Shown: positions 13,101 through 23,335 of the stretch, piece by piece
Layout of the letters: each line of letters opens with the position of its first letter
How positions within the stretch are numbered: the stretch's first letter is position 1
NCBI GenBank assembly: GCA_905178155.1
Contig: CAJINV010000006.1
Coordinates: 203,212-265,753, forward strand
Source: Amoebophrya sp. A120
Taxonomy: Eukaryota > Protista > Dinoflagellata
DNA length: 62,542 bases
Direction: 5' to 3'
The notes under the pieces: generated by a model
Databases searched by the model: none
What the model saw: only the letters and a program-made list of their open reading frames with translations
Told to the model about the DNA's origin: nothing
Program-made: the position numbers and the translations under genes

Positions 13101-16100
13101 ATGGCGCCAGCACAAGCTGAACGCGTTTGCTCGAAGCTCTTTGCTTCTCGCGTTGCAGCACTGCCACCGGCTTCCTCCTCTTTCAGACTACAGCCGGGAA
13201 GACTACTCCTGCTTCCTCCGCTTTTAGCACTTTTCATGATAACAGATTCCGGGAGACGGGTCAAAATGGATGAGAAATCGACTCTCGGAATAAAGGACAG
13301 TGGACCACGCTCTGCAACTTCTTCCGGGCGTGAAGAAGATGATCGTGGTGGTTGAAAGGCCGGGGCCTCATCCACCTTTTCTTGCACGTCCACCTTCACG
13401 AATGCTGGCGTTCGATCGCTTGTTGATGATACTCCCGCGGCCGCGCAGCGTCCATTATAGTTTGTTGTATGTGCACGTGCAACATCTGCCGACGTGAGAA
13501 GTTGTCCTGTCTCACTTGTTCGTCGTCGTGCTGTGCAAGCGTTATTCAAAAAAGCGTCTCCTCCATCTCCGACGTCTTGAGGCCCGTTTCTTCGGGTCAT
13601 GGCGCTGCAGGAGCAGCTCCTGTCAGCGCTATGCACTTCCTGATCTAGTAGTACCGAGCGCGTTCCTCGTAGTTCTTCCGGCACGTAGTTTTTCATGCCG
13701 AGGGGGGTTTGCTTTGCAGTTACTCCTGTTGCCTTATGCATTGCAAATATATCTGGGTTGTCATGCGAGTGTCCGAATCATACGCACACTGTATTGCGAA
13801 GCAGCGCATGACAAGTTTCTGAGCGACTCTATCTAGCGTCAACCGCATGGCAAAATTGCCTTTTTGCATGGCAAACAAGTGGCACTGTAGCGCACGGAGC
13901 ATGACAGACTTTTCTCTATTGTCGACCAAGCATGACAAACTTGCATTCTTCCAGACCCAGACATATTTGCATGTGATATGCCTCTGCGCTGGCGGTACTC
14001 GTCGTCCACTGCGGGATCGTTGGCGCTGTTGGTTTCTTCAAAATTGACTTCGGAGGAAATGTATGCATTGCAAAATCAAAATTGTCGTCGAATGAGTACT
14101 ACAAAACAGCCAGCATAGCATTAATATTACTCCGGCGGTTCGGAGTCGAATTGCAATACAAATTTTTACTTCACGAACAAAAACGCAGTTTGTCAACGTG
14201 CTAGGTAGAAGATCAGTATCAGGCAATAGCAAAACGATAAATCTGTCATGCGTGGCCGCGACTACTAGCTACCACACTACCAGTACGACTGCGATGCTTT
14301 TCATCTTGCAGGGGATAACACGACAGCACATTGTGCCGCTTTTCCGGGGGCAGCGGCGTGGTGCGTTTCCGCAGGTGGTTGGCTGCTCGGTCTTCCGGCT
14401 CTTGTAGTGACAGAGAAGAACTACTACCAGGGAAAGAGAATCTACTTTCTTCGGTGAAATAATCGACGCAAGAAGTAGCCGTAGGATTTTTCTTATCAAG
14501 TGCAAAAATGTCTGGGTCTGGAAGAATATATGTTTGTCATGCTTGTCTGGCATGACTCTTAAATCTGTCATGCACGTTACCCAAGAGCTCCGTTTTTCTG
14601 TGATGCAGAAGCGCAGTTTGTCATGCAGAATAGGCAACAGCTAGGAGCTCAGAAACTTGTCATGCTGACCCAGCATTTGTAGCCTCATCATGAGACGCTA
14701 CCCAGCATCACAAGTTCCCAGACCCAGACATTTTTACATTTGATATTTCTTGCTCGTCATATCAGCTGTTGTTGTACCAAACAGCCGCGGGTCGCTATCG
14801 AAAGGAAAAATCCCCCCTCCCCATATCGAAATGGAAATCTGTGATGCGGGATTTGTGTACCCAAATCGCCTTTGTCTTGCAGTAGAAGACTGCAGGTAGA
14901 TGCAAAGCCCGAGTAGAGGCCATTTGGTGTAGGCCCCTAGCAAGGCAGGCGCGTCCTCCTTAGGACATACAGCATTACCAATTGCCTGCAGAACGCGGCG
15001 GGGTTTTTGGGTTTGCCTTCTTGCAATACAGAGACGATTTGAGGTCTCAAATCGGCATCACAAATTTTCAGAAGTATCCCGTTTTGATATGGGGAGGGGG
15101 GATTTTTCCTTTCGATAGTCACTAGGCAGGCCGGTCGCCGACGACGCGCAGTGGATCTTCTGCACGACGCCGGGCTCCTGCAACAAGACGTAGCCGCGTG
15201 ACGACGACCCGTTGTCATCTTCGCCTTTTTTCGCAACGGCGACGGAGGTGGTATTGCTGGTTGAAGGTCTGTTCACTCCACCTTTCGACGTCGTTTTTGG
15301 CCGCGGGGGGACGGAGCAAGCAGCAGGGGACGATCCAGCTGCAGTCTTCTTGATAGGGGTATCAAATGCAAATATGTCTAGGTCTGGAAACTTGTAATGC
15401 TGAGTTGTGAATAGTAAGTGCTCTGTAATGCACAGCCAAGCATGAGAAATATTTGCGGGGCTACAGTGTTGCGTTTTCCGCATGACAAACTGCGTCTTTG
15501 CATGACAAGCAAATGGGTCTCTTCTTGGACACGCATCACAGACTTTTCAGTCATGCCAGACAAGCATGACAAACCTTGCATCTTTCCCGACCCAGACATT
15601 TTTGCAATGCATACGGGGGGACGGAGCAAGCAGCAGGTGACGATCTACCTGAAGATCCTCGTCCATCTGCAGTCTTCTTGTATCGCAAGAATAAACTGTT
15701 TCACTGTGAACTTGTGATGCAGAAAATGGATCGCAGACGTGTGTGTCATGCTACACATGCAAGACAGTTGATTTCTAGCTGTGTATTCCCTTGGGAACCC
15801 CGCATGACAGATTTTCAGTGTCATGCGTAACAAACTTGTGATGCAGATTTTGCAAAATCAGCACAGTGAAACAGTTTTTTCGTGGGATATCTTGATAGTA
15901 TCGACTAGTACTGAGCTGCCCTGTGTTACCGCAGGGGTCGTACTACTCAAAAATACAGCGGGTCCTTTATTCATCGCACGCCGGGCTGAGGACGACCGCC
16001 CCCGGGACGACCTGGACCGCGGCGGTTCTTGCTGTTGGGTTGTGCGCCGGATTAATAACATCGGCAGCGTGTTGTGTTCCCTACGAAAGCACTCCCGGAT

Positions 16101-18184
16101 CCCGAGCGCTAGGCCCTTGATGCATTGCAAAAACGTCTGGGTCTGGAAGAATGAGCGATTTGTCATGCAGCTTTTCCATGGCCCATGAGGTCTGGAATGC
16201 AGGACCTAGCATGACAGACTCTGTGGGATCTCTCTGATGCCTATCCTGCATGAGAAACTCCCTCCCGACTTGGTCAAAACTGGACGACTTTTGGTAATCA
16301 TGCAACACAGATTTTTGCATGCTCCAGATTTAGCATGACAAGTTGCATTCTTCCAGACCCAGACACTTTTACATTTGATACCCTTGATGCCCTTCTGATC
16401 GAGTTTTCCGGTCGTCTGGGTTAGGTAAATTTTTAAACAATCTGCCCGCACCGCAGCCTCCCGCCTCTCGTCGCTGATCCGTCGCTATGCATTGCAAAAG
16501 TATCGCACTCGTATAAATGCATTACGGATTTCCTCAGCATAAAAAATAAAATTTGTAATGCGGACTTACCTTTTCCTTCAGCAAAAGATTTGTAATCCAT
16601 GTTTGCGATTACTACGGGTGCGATACTTTTGCACAGGATAGTCGCCAAATCTCGCGGAGTTCCGACTGCAATAAAATTTCGAGCTTCGCCGCAATGTCCT
16701 TGTCACCGCCTTGCGCAAAGCCGGTTTTCCGTCGTTGCTCCGGGGAGAGGAGGTGCTGATGAATGAGTTCTTTCTCGTAGTTGTCGTCTAGTTTCTGGTT
16801 CGCGTAAACAATGGTAACAGTCTCGTCGAGGTCGTGATCCGTATTAGTTTTGATTGATGCGCGGACCGCGGTTTTTCTTTCCACCTCCGAGGTCGTGTCC
16901 TTTGCAGCGTCCGGGTCCGCCCCCTCCTGCAGGTGGTTCGATTTATTCATCTTCAATATCACACTGAAAAATCCCCCCTCCCCATATCAAAACGGAAATC
17001 TGTGATGCAGATTTGTGGGCACAAATCAGCTTTGTGATGCTAGAGGGCAAAAATGCTAGAGGGTTGTAGTGCTGTCTAGTGTGGGAAAGTGTTGCAGCTC
17101 GAGGATGACAGGAGGCAACTGGAAGTGGGAAACAGCATGACAGATTGCCTGCAATTTACGCCGCAGCTTCGTCTCTTGGCCTTCTAGCAATACAAGTCGA
17201 TTTGTGTACTCAAATACAGCATCACAAATTCGCGCATCTTCCGTTTCCGCTATGGGGTGGGGGCTTTTTTCACTTTGATATTCAAGACCACTCGCTTTGC
17301 AGTGTCATCCTCTTTTACATTTTCCTGTTCGAATTTGAAAGTGCACAACTCCCCCTCCCCGTCATTTGTCATGCAAAGAGCCTAATTCAATGCGCCTTGG
17401 CTCTTGGCACTATTTGCATGACAAGTTCTGGCACAGCCCAAATGACACTGGACTCCTGTCCAAATTTGTCATGCAAAACCTGTATTGTTGCTGACGCTTG
17501 TATTGCTGTTCATGCAATACAAATGAGGGGGAGGGGGACTTATGCACTTTCATATCGAATTTGATGCGCTTCGCGCTCCTCGCCCGCGAGCGCGACGTAG
17601 CTGGGTTCTGGGCTCCTGTCGAGCAGGACCGCTTGTTTCTGGGACCGAATGCGTTCCTCGGGCCGCTCACAATAAGGCTGGCCTTGTTCTTAGCTGCGTC
17701 GGTTGTCGTTCTATCTGTAGCTCTTTCATCTCCACCCGAGCCGGACGATGCACTGGAATTATTTCTGTGACCACTGAGCATAATTCCTTTTGCTGCTTCG
17801 CCGGCTTTGGGATGATCCCGATGCGGCTTCGTATTTGCGCCACTACTTCTTTCGCGGAGATCATGACGCGAGCGCAGCTTGCTCTCTCCTTCTACCCGGG
17901 AAGATGTTGCCTGCGCCCGGTCTTTCTGGATAAAGTAGTTGCTGGCGAGGACGCCGCGGCAGTGGGGGCCCACGCGGTTCTTGCCGTCGTTGACATTGCT
18001 GGCAAAAGTGCTCTTGCCCGTCCCAATCATCCTGGACGACAGCGGCAAAGGATCCGCGACCTTTGCATTCAGAAAAGACTTGTCCGAATCAAGCTCCTTT
18101 TGCATCTTTTCTTCATACAACTGTCTCGAGATGATGAACAAAACAGGACCAGAAAGGATGTCCTCGAGTTTTAGGTTGACAGCT
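4161..18184 (-). CDS. Large (~1,900 aa) hypothetical low-complexity protein with RS-rich and charged coiled-coil-like segments, interrupted by 30 introners; start not fixed
   Basis: Element+TSD removal links the ORF-track fragments in frame at the junctions I checked (e.g. 17554/17334, 17280/16957, 13018/12782, 12738/11815, 11080-10014, 9853/9603, 8459-7128, 5687-4873) down to the stop at 4161-4163. Not every junction was checked. The 5' end is probably a further exon near 18.3 kb. Confidence 0.7.
4873..5059. mobile_element. Introner, 187 bp
   Basis: Degenerate TIR (ccgcacac/gtgtgcgg); flanks ttcgc/gtcgc; frame restored. Confidence 0.8.
5183..5444. mobile_element. Introner, family A, 262 bp
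   Basis: TIR, right end GTA; flanks gtctt/gtcgt; frame restored. Confidence 0.85.
5473..5687. mobile_element. Degenerate introner, 215 bp
   Basis: TAT..ATA ends, gcatgaca motifs; flanks ctgga/ctagc (3/5); removal gives KLAEKKRKDD. Confidence 0.7.
5840..6133. mobile_element. Introner, family A-like, 294 bp
   Basis: Degenerate TIR; flanks cctgg/gctgg. Confidence 0.75.
6188..6449. mobile_element. Introner, family A, 262 bp
   Basis: ~30-bp TIR; perfect TSD ttccg. Confidence 0.92.
6483..6789. mobile_element. Introner, family G (TATGG..GTGTCAG.ATCGAAATC), 307 bp
   Basis: ~32-bp TIR; perfect TSD tcctt. Confidence 0.9.
6817..7049. mobile_element. Introner, family C-like with internal duplication, 233 bp
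   Basis: TIR tatccagtg.aaaagc; flanks cgccc/agtcc (3/5); gcaatcatgca..agagcgccaca..tggcttgtattgcaaa occurs twice. Confidence 0.82.
7128..7448. mobile_element. Introner, family B (TATC.AAAGGAAAAATCCCCCTCCCCATATC), 321 bp
   Basis: TIR; flanks ggcgg/cgcgg; frame restored. Confidence 0.9.
7556..7807. mobile_element. Introner, family A, 252 bp
   Basis: 30-bp TIR; perfect TSD cgccg; removal gives DHPPAWGYAR. Confidence 0.93.
7949..8181. mobile_element. Introner, family D (TATGGG.CTCTCAAACGTT), degenerate, 233 bp
   Basis: Imperfect TIR; flanks tctag/gcgag (3/5); frame restored. Confidence 0.75.
8205..8459. mobile_element. Introner, family A, 255 bp
   Basis: TIR; perfect TSD cgcgg; close relative of 9603-9853. 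Confidence 0.93.
9603..9853. mobile_element. Introner, family A, 251 bp
   Basis: TIR; perfect TSD ctcct; frame restored. Confidence 0.93.
10014..10293. mobile_element. Introner, family F, 280 bp
   Basis: ~27-bp TIR (left end CAT); perfect TSD gcatg. Confidence 0.92.
10344..10500. mobile_element. Introner, family C, 157 bp
   Basis: TIR; flanks ctcct/ttcct. Confidence 0.88.
10555..10858. mobile_element. Introner, 304 bp; contains the left breakpoint of the tandem duplication
   Basis: TIR tatgca.tgcaaatat; flanks ggtca/gatga (3/5); frame restored. Confidence 0.8.
10875..11080. mobile_element. Introner, family E-like, 206 bp (duplicate at 18900-19105)
   Basis: TIR; perfect TSD tcttc. Confidence 0.9.
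11169..11430. mobile_element. Introner, family A, 262 bp; intact (empty-site) version of the element split by the 26.9-kb insert
   Basis: TIR; perfect TSD accac; left part recurs at 19194-19301, right part at 46291-46442. Confidence 0.92.
11522..11747. mobile_element. Introner, family H (TATG...GTGCACAA..CCCCTCCCCCTCATTTG), 226 bp
   Basis: ~35-bp TIR; flanks agccg/agttg (3/5). Confidence 0.87.
11815..12738. mobile_element. Introner, family D, enlarged to 924 bp by a nested insertion
   Basis: TIR core tctcaaacgttacattctca; perfect TSD tcctc; removal gives VEDEEQKRLDEL; 243-bp empty version at 46827-47069. Confidence 0.9.
11869..12546. mobile_element. Probable solo LTR, 678 bp
   Basis: Absent from the duplicate (aatgcaagaaccgc at ~46873); begins TGTCAC, ends TTCA, flanked by a 4-bp direct repeat caag. 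Confidence 0.7.
12782..13018. mobile_element. Introner, family A, 237 bp, left TIR partly deleted
   Basis: Perfect TSD ttcag; the copy at 47113 keeps the full TIR. Confidence 0.9.
13735..13978. mobile_element. Introner, family A, 244 bp
   Basis: TIR; perfect TSD tgcct. Confidence 0.9.
14062..14317. mobile_element. Degenerate introner, family C-like, 256 bp
   Basis: TAT..ATA ends, weak TIR; flanks aaatg/acacg (3/5). Confidence 0.7.
14494..14745. mobile_element. Introner, family A, 252 bp, opposite orientation to 7556-7807
   Basis: TIR; perfect TSD tttct; body is the reverse complement of the 7556 and 38147 elements. Confidence 0.93.
14796..15117. mobile_element. Introner, family B, 322 bp
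   Basis: ~31-bp near-perfect TIR; flanks gtcgc/gtcac. Confidence 0.93.
15360..15613. mobile_element. Introner, family A, 254 bp
   Basis: TIR; flanks agggg/cgggg. Confidence 0.9.
15681..15889. mobile_element. Introner, family E, 209 bp
   Basis: TIR core aaactgtttcactgtg; perfect TSD tcttg. Confidence 0.9.
16119..16380. mobile_element. Introner, family A, 262 bp
   Basis: TIR (left end GAT); perfect TSD ccctt. Confidence 0.9.
16486..16640. mobile_element. Introner, family C, 155 bp
   Basis: TIR tgcaaaagtatcgcac; perfect TSD gtcgc. Confidence 0.92.
16957..17280. mobile_element. Introner, family B, 324 bp
   Basis: TIR; perfect TSD ttcaa; removal gives RVVLKMNKS. Confidence 0.9.
17334..17554. 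mobile_element. Introner, family H, 221 bp
   Basis: TIR (left end TTT); perfect TSD tcgaa; removal gives IKFEQENVK. Confidence 0.9.
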
Positions 18185-18697
18185 TATCATATCAAGCGGA
18201 TAGACAGTGTAGTTTCTATGATCGCTTCAATTCATCTTATTTATATAAGGCTTGCCGCACTAGGTAGCGACAGTAGATCTATGTTGTGTTCCATTTTTTC
18301 CATTTCTGCACTGCTGACTGTATCAGACACAAAACTCAAGCTAATTTTTGTTGTGTGAAAAAAATTCTTCGCGTTTTTTAAGCAGATGAGAGTTTTTAAA
18401 GCCAATTGATACAAAGCCAAGCGTGAACGAAAATTCTTCAAAATCTCCATCAACCCAAAATGCTACAGAAACGAAACAGTTGCCATCTTCCATCCACCTC
18501 ATCCAGCCTTCGCAATTTTTGTTCTTTGCATCAACACCAAAGCGCAAATCCCCATTGGATTCTGATTCCAACATCAGGTCTTGTTTTATAGACAGCAGCA
18601 GTTTAAGTTTTGCTTTTGTTTCCTTCCAGCACTATCAGACAAACTTTCGAAAAACAAACTTTCGCCTTCACACATGTTGTGAAAAACAATTCAATAT

Positions 18698-19301
18698 GTG
18701 GCCAACAAGCATGAGAAGTTTTTGAGCTGCTTTGTGTTGCGTATTCCGCATAATTGCAGTTTCTTGCGCTTTTGCGTCACTACAGATAGAACCATCTTTT
18801 TGTCCGATGGCAGAGAAGCATGACAAACCACTTGAATGCTTCCAGATTCAGTTTCAGACTCAGATCGATATTTGCAATGCATAGATGATGATCATCTTCT
18901 ATGGAGAGAAAAAAGTTTGTCACAGTCACTAAGTTGCAGGTTTTGCATTACAAATTTTTTTTGCATCACAGCCTCTCCTTGTATTGCAGAAACACTAGGG
19001 AAATCCCTTATGAAGTGAGGCTGTGATGCATTTTTACGCATGACAGACAATTTTGTCTTGCAAAAATGCCCGTGAGTGATCGTGACGAACTTTTTTCTTT
19101 TGATATCTTCTCGGGCAGTTTTGTTCTTGCTGTTGTCCTCGACGATGGTCCTGGTGCTTGAAAAAATTTTTCCAATAGTAGTTGGGCCCCCACTATGCAT
19201 TGCAAAACTCTCTGGGTCTGGAAGATTGCAACTTGTCATGCTAAATCCGAATCATGCAAAAATCTGTGTTGCATGAGTGCCAAAAGCTTTCCACTTTTGA
19301 C
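18698..19301. repeat. Copy 2 of the tandem duplication, left part; ends inside a family A introner
   Basis: Near-identical to 10673-11276 with a few substitutions. Confidence 0.92.
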
Positions 19302-20758
19302 AGCATGCAATGAAAAACTGTATTGCAGTCGAACGCAAGTCTGCTTTTGTTCGAACGCAAGCTTTCCACTTTATTACAGCACTGCATTTTTCAAGTGGCC
19401 CCTTCTGGTGACTGACAGGTTTCTACTGGGTACTGTGGATAATGATCAACAACACTTCTCCTCCGGTTAGACGAGAACTGGAAGGACGACGGATTTTTGA
19501 ACAAGAAGAACCTCTCCAGGCGTAAAACTCGGACGAAAGAGCAAGGGCAGCAAAGCAGGCAAACTCAATAGCACATACGGCAGACCATTGCCACGATTCA
19601 CGAGAGCAGCTTCCTTGTGCGAGGTCAGACCACAGGAACACCACAAAACAAAAATGGCTTACAGAAATAGAGCGCAGGGCACTACTTTTCTCATTTCTGT
19701 CCCTTGGATCATCCACTGCACAAGGCTTGTTGCGATGCTTGGATTTCTCACTTGGAAGTATGCTGATTATACACTCGAGTCTAGCTACAGCTACTTACTT
19801 TGCCTTCCCAAAAAGAACTGGCCGCGTTCGTGCCGTTCAGATTCTTTGTAGTACTTAAGTGTCATTCTTTGTGTAGGTCAGGCAATTCTTCAATACATAT
19901 ACAACGAAAAGAAAGTCGAGTAATCCAGGAATTCCAATTCAAACTAAAGTTGGCGTCATAAGCGATAAACTTTCCTTCATGTTGGTTAAAATTGTTAGTA
20001 CAGAGGCTGAACCTTCATGTTGAGTAAATCATTCATGTTAGTGGACCGCATAATGAAGGAAGCACTACTTTCTGTTCCGGTCACCATATGCCTTCGGGCG
20101 TTTCTTCTACTACTGGTGAAAAACTTCTCGAGCTTCAAAACTCATACTATAGGTCATTACTTTTGCTGTGGTTGTTGGCGCCGCGCCTTATTGTAGCAGT
20201 CTCCGTGCTTTTTCTGATGGTAAACTCCTGCTCTGTGAAAATCCGTTCGTTTCACGTTTCACGTGTAAAGAAGAAAAATGCTTCAGCGGGAAAAAAACGT
20301 AAACTTACGTCAAACTTCAACGCCCACATCAAAACTTGTCACCATTTCTTTGTCTCTTCTAAGTCATGCACGCAACCCCTTATTTCTGTTTCGGAGTGCA
20401 TACACGCCCGTCTTCACATCGTAGCAGTTCCAAAGCTAGAATGTGAGGCTACGCAGTCGGCGTTCATCACAGTAAATAAAATCAAGATCATACAGGTCAA
20501 ATACATCGATCAGGACTAAGAGACCACTACTTTTTCTTGGATAACGTAGATGAGCTCCATCTATTTATCAATTCCATTTACACCATCCATGCTGGATACG
20601 GAGGCTCAGCCAAGGCTGTCTCGCCACGGTAAAAAAATTCAGGCCCAATGCCCCTTGCAATAATTGACACCAACGCCCGCCCGGCTGCTGTTCGTTACAA
20701 AGGGCGCTATCACTCCTTCGTCCGAAACCAATTCGAAGTTTCGTTGTCGTAGCCCCTC

Positions 20759-22984
20759 TTATTTCTTTCTCTCCCCTCCGGGCTTCAGGACCTTTTTCCA
20801 GCTTTTCTTCCCGCGCCGCTGACCTCTTGTGTCGCGCTTAGAAGCGTTTCGTCCGCGCGTGCCTTTATGCGGCTGCGATCGGTCTTGTCCCCGAACTGTT
20901 CGTCCTCCCGTTTGTTTGCGCAAAAGCTTTGCCTCCGCTGCTTCGCGTTGTTTCCACTGCTCTCGCTTCTCCGCCTGCGCGGAGTGGTAGCTGCGCTCGA
21001 GATGGAGGACATGCTCTGGCTCGGCCGGCGTCGTTCTCTGCTGCGCGGACCACGAGAAAATTTTCTTGGACACCTCGGCTAGGAGTTTCCCGAAGCCGCG
21101 CCGCACACCCTCGTCGCGGTTTTCGTCATCGCCACCTCCGTCTCCACCGACAGTGCGGAGCATCTGCAGCACCCCGTCGACGCACCTCTTTGGCCGATTG
21201 GTCTTCACCGACAGTTGGGAGAGCCGGCGGCCCAGCTCTTCCATGTCGTACCCATCGCACTTTTCAGGCTCGCCTTCCACCGTGGCCCACCGGAAGCCCA
21301 CGACGCTCCTGTCAGTCCCAACAGCAGCGTCCTCGGACACTACGCGGCGCTGAATGCACTCCTTGGCCCCGTTGCCGGGCTGCGGACAGTACACGGACTG
21401 GTGCTCGTCGCCTTTCGCGGAACAGTACTCAGCCTCGCGCACGTACCGGTCGTTGATGCGCACTTCGCACGGGGACATCCCGTGTTCCCGCACGGCCGTG
21501 GTGATGACTCGCGCCGTGCCAGCGTCCTTTGCGTGCTGCAGCACCTGTGCGCCGACGATGTCCGTCAGGCGGGACCAAAGCGCGGGCTCACAGGTCGGCG
21601 CCGCGATCGTGACGCGCAAGGAGCTGTTGCTGAATTCGTGCGACCACCATTTTTCCTTACCGGTCGCGAACATGTCCCCGGAAACGCTGCAACAAGCGGC
21701 CATATTAATATCTCCCACCGTGCAATAGCTCGCTCCCGGCTGGCCGTTCGCGAGGCAGTACTGCGACAGCACGGGCTGCGGCCGCGGTTGTTCCATCGTG
21801 GAGGCTCGTTTGATCGATCGGACGTGGGATTTCTTACGGCGGGCCGCGGGCCGGGACGTCGCCCGCCGCCTTTCCCAGGACAGCATTCCCATGTCCTTTA
21901 CGATGAGGACACCCCCAGATGAGACATCGGCGAGGGAGGTGGGCACTGCGGTTGGCCCGTTGAACTGCAGATTGAATCCGGTCGGGGTCGCGGTGAAGGT
22001 GGTCCGCGTAAGCACTGCGACTAGCAGTAGCAGCTGCAAGATCGTGCGGAGGCTTCGACTGGCCAACGCGAGGTGTCGCTGCACGACCTGCGCGATCACC
22101 GAGATGTTCTGCAGAATGTCCGGTAGCAGCGAGGACGCCAGATCGGTACCAACGCCGGTGCCACCCATGTCGGTGTAAATTTCCAGACAGGCCCGGGCAC
22201 AGTCGCCAACAAAATGCACCATGCGGTTGTTGGCCAGCAGGATTCGGTCCTGTGTTTGGGGGGCGACGGCTCGCGGAGCGAGTGAAGAGCGGTCTTCGCG
22301 CTCAGCATCAGGCGTCATGTCAGTTGCAGGCTCTAGGCGTGAATGAGGGCGGCCGTGTTCGGACGTCGGGTCCACCGCCTGCTCCACGTTGGCAACAGGA
22401 GCCACAAGTGTTTGATTTGGCACCGGAGCGCTGCCGCCTTCGGAAGCTAATCCGTCATCACCTGACTGAGCTTCATCTGTGCCGCGTACTCCATGTGTGC
22501 TCGCTGCAGCTTGAAGGTCTGCGCGCGGGGAAAAGGACGACGACTGCCGCGAATGCGCGCCGGGACTTGCTGCTCGCGAAGATTGACGGCTACCAGATGA
22601 GGACTGCCCTTGGCCTTGTTCTTCTGGAAGGCTTCGGAGTTCAGCGGCGTCGATACTCGGGCGAGTCATAGCGCCCATGACAGATCTCAAGTCCCGCACT
22701 TCCGCTAAATTTGCGCGAAACCGATTCGCCATGAACCACACACCTGGCTCGATCGCGCGCCGTTTCCTGTCCAAATCAGGCGTGTCGAGCACCGGCTGCA
22801 GCTTTTCACCCACATATCCGGCAATCTTTTGGAGAAATGTGTTGATGAACTGTCTCCGGGATGTGTTGTACGCATCGCCTTCCTCGCGAAACTCTGGCTT
22901 CGGACGGATTTCGTTGCACGAGGCAATAATTACGATACCATCGTCGCGAACTTCTTCATCTTCGGGCTTGACGAGATGAAGTTC
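20759..22984 (-). CDS. Hypothetical protein, long terminal exon (>700 aa) with internal hydrophobic segment, Cys-rich region and basic C-terminus
   Basis: The 684-aa ORF stays open upstream to a tatacag acceptor near 22985; LRTILQLLLLVAVLT is followed by a Cys-rich stretch. Confidence 0.6.
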   Translation of the reverse strand, partial: ELHLVKPEDEEVRDDGIVIIASCNEIRPKPEFREEGDAYNTSRRQFINTFLQKIAGYVGEKLQPVLDTPDLDRKRRAIEPGVWFMANRFRANLAEVRDLRSVMGAMTRPSIDAAELRSLPEEQGQGQSSSGSRQSSRAASPGAHSRQSSSFSPRADLQAAASTHGVRGTDEAQSGDDGLASEGGSAPVPNQTLVAPVANVEQAVDPTSEHGRPHSRLEPATDMTPDAEREDRSSLAPRAVAPQTQDRILLANNRMVHFVGDCARACLEIYTDMGGTGVGTDLASSLLPDILQNISVIAQVVQRHLALASRSLRTILQLLLLVAVLTRTTFTATPTGFNLQFNGPTAVPTSLADVSSGGVLIVKDMGMLSWERRRATSRPAARRKKSHVRSIKRASTMEQPRPQPVLSQYCLANGQPGASYCTVGDINMAACCSVSGDMFATGKEKWWSHEFSNSSLRVTIAAPTCEPALWSRLTDIVGAQVLQHAKDAGTARVITTAVREHGMSPCEVRINDRYVREAEYCSAKGDEHQSVYCPQPGNGAKECIQRRVVSEDAAVGTDRSVVGFRWATVEGEPEKCDGYDMEELGRRLSQLSVKTNRPKRCVDGVLQMLRTVGGDGGGDDENRDEGVRRGFGKLLAEVSKKIFSWSAQQRTTPAEPEHVLHLERSYHSAQAEKREQWKQREAAEAKLLRKQTGGRTVRGQDRSQPHKGTRGRNASKRDTRGQRRGKKSWKKVLKPGGERKK

Positions 22985-23335
22985 CTGTATAGATGGTTTT
23001 TATATAGAGATGATTGCGCCTCTTCTAGTTCTATCTACTATAGATACGTCTCAGTGTAGTTCTAACGCTCAGTGCCGACGTGTCCGGCAGTCGTCTTTGT
23101 AGTCAGTGGACACTTTGAATTTGATGAATTTCCACTTTTACCCAAACGCGATGGAGCGCGCGTATTTATTTCTCATTTTTCTACTTACATCTGCTGAGGA
23201 GCGAATATTGCAGCGAAAAGCCCCAACATTAAAATCACCAGGAACAGGATCGCAACGTGCTGTCGCTTTCTGCACCAACGAAAGTTACGCCGGCCACTGC
23301 AGGGACTTGCACTGCCAAATAGCTTACTTTTATAA

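Larger units (their letters stand above)
10673..18697. repeat. Copy 1 of an 8,025-bp tandem segmental duplication
   Basis: 10673-11276 recurs at 18698-19301 (offset 8025); 11282-17210 recurs at 46291-51560; ~18350-18692 recurs, more diverged, at ~51820-52179. Confidence 0.9.

Noticed and set aside
311-17564. Short ORFs sharing FQTQTFLH, LPDPDIFA and CKNVWVWK peptides as a protein family
   Set aside because: These are translations of the family A TIR in different frames.
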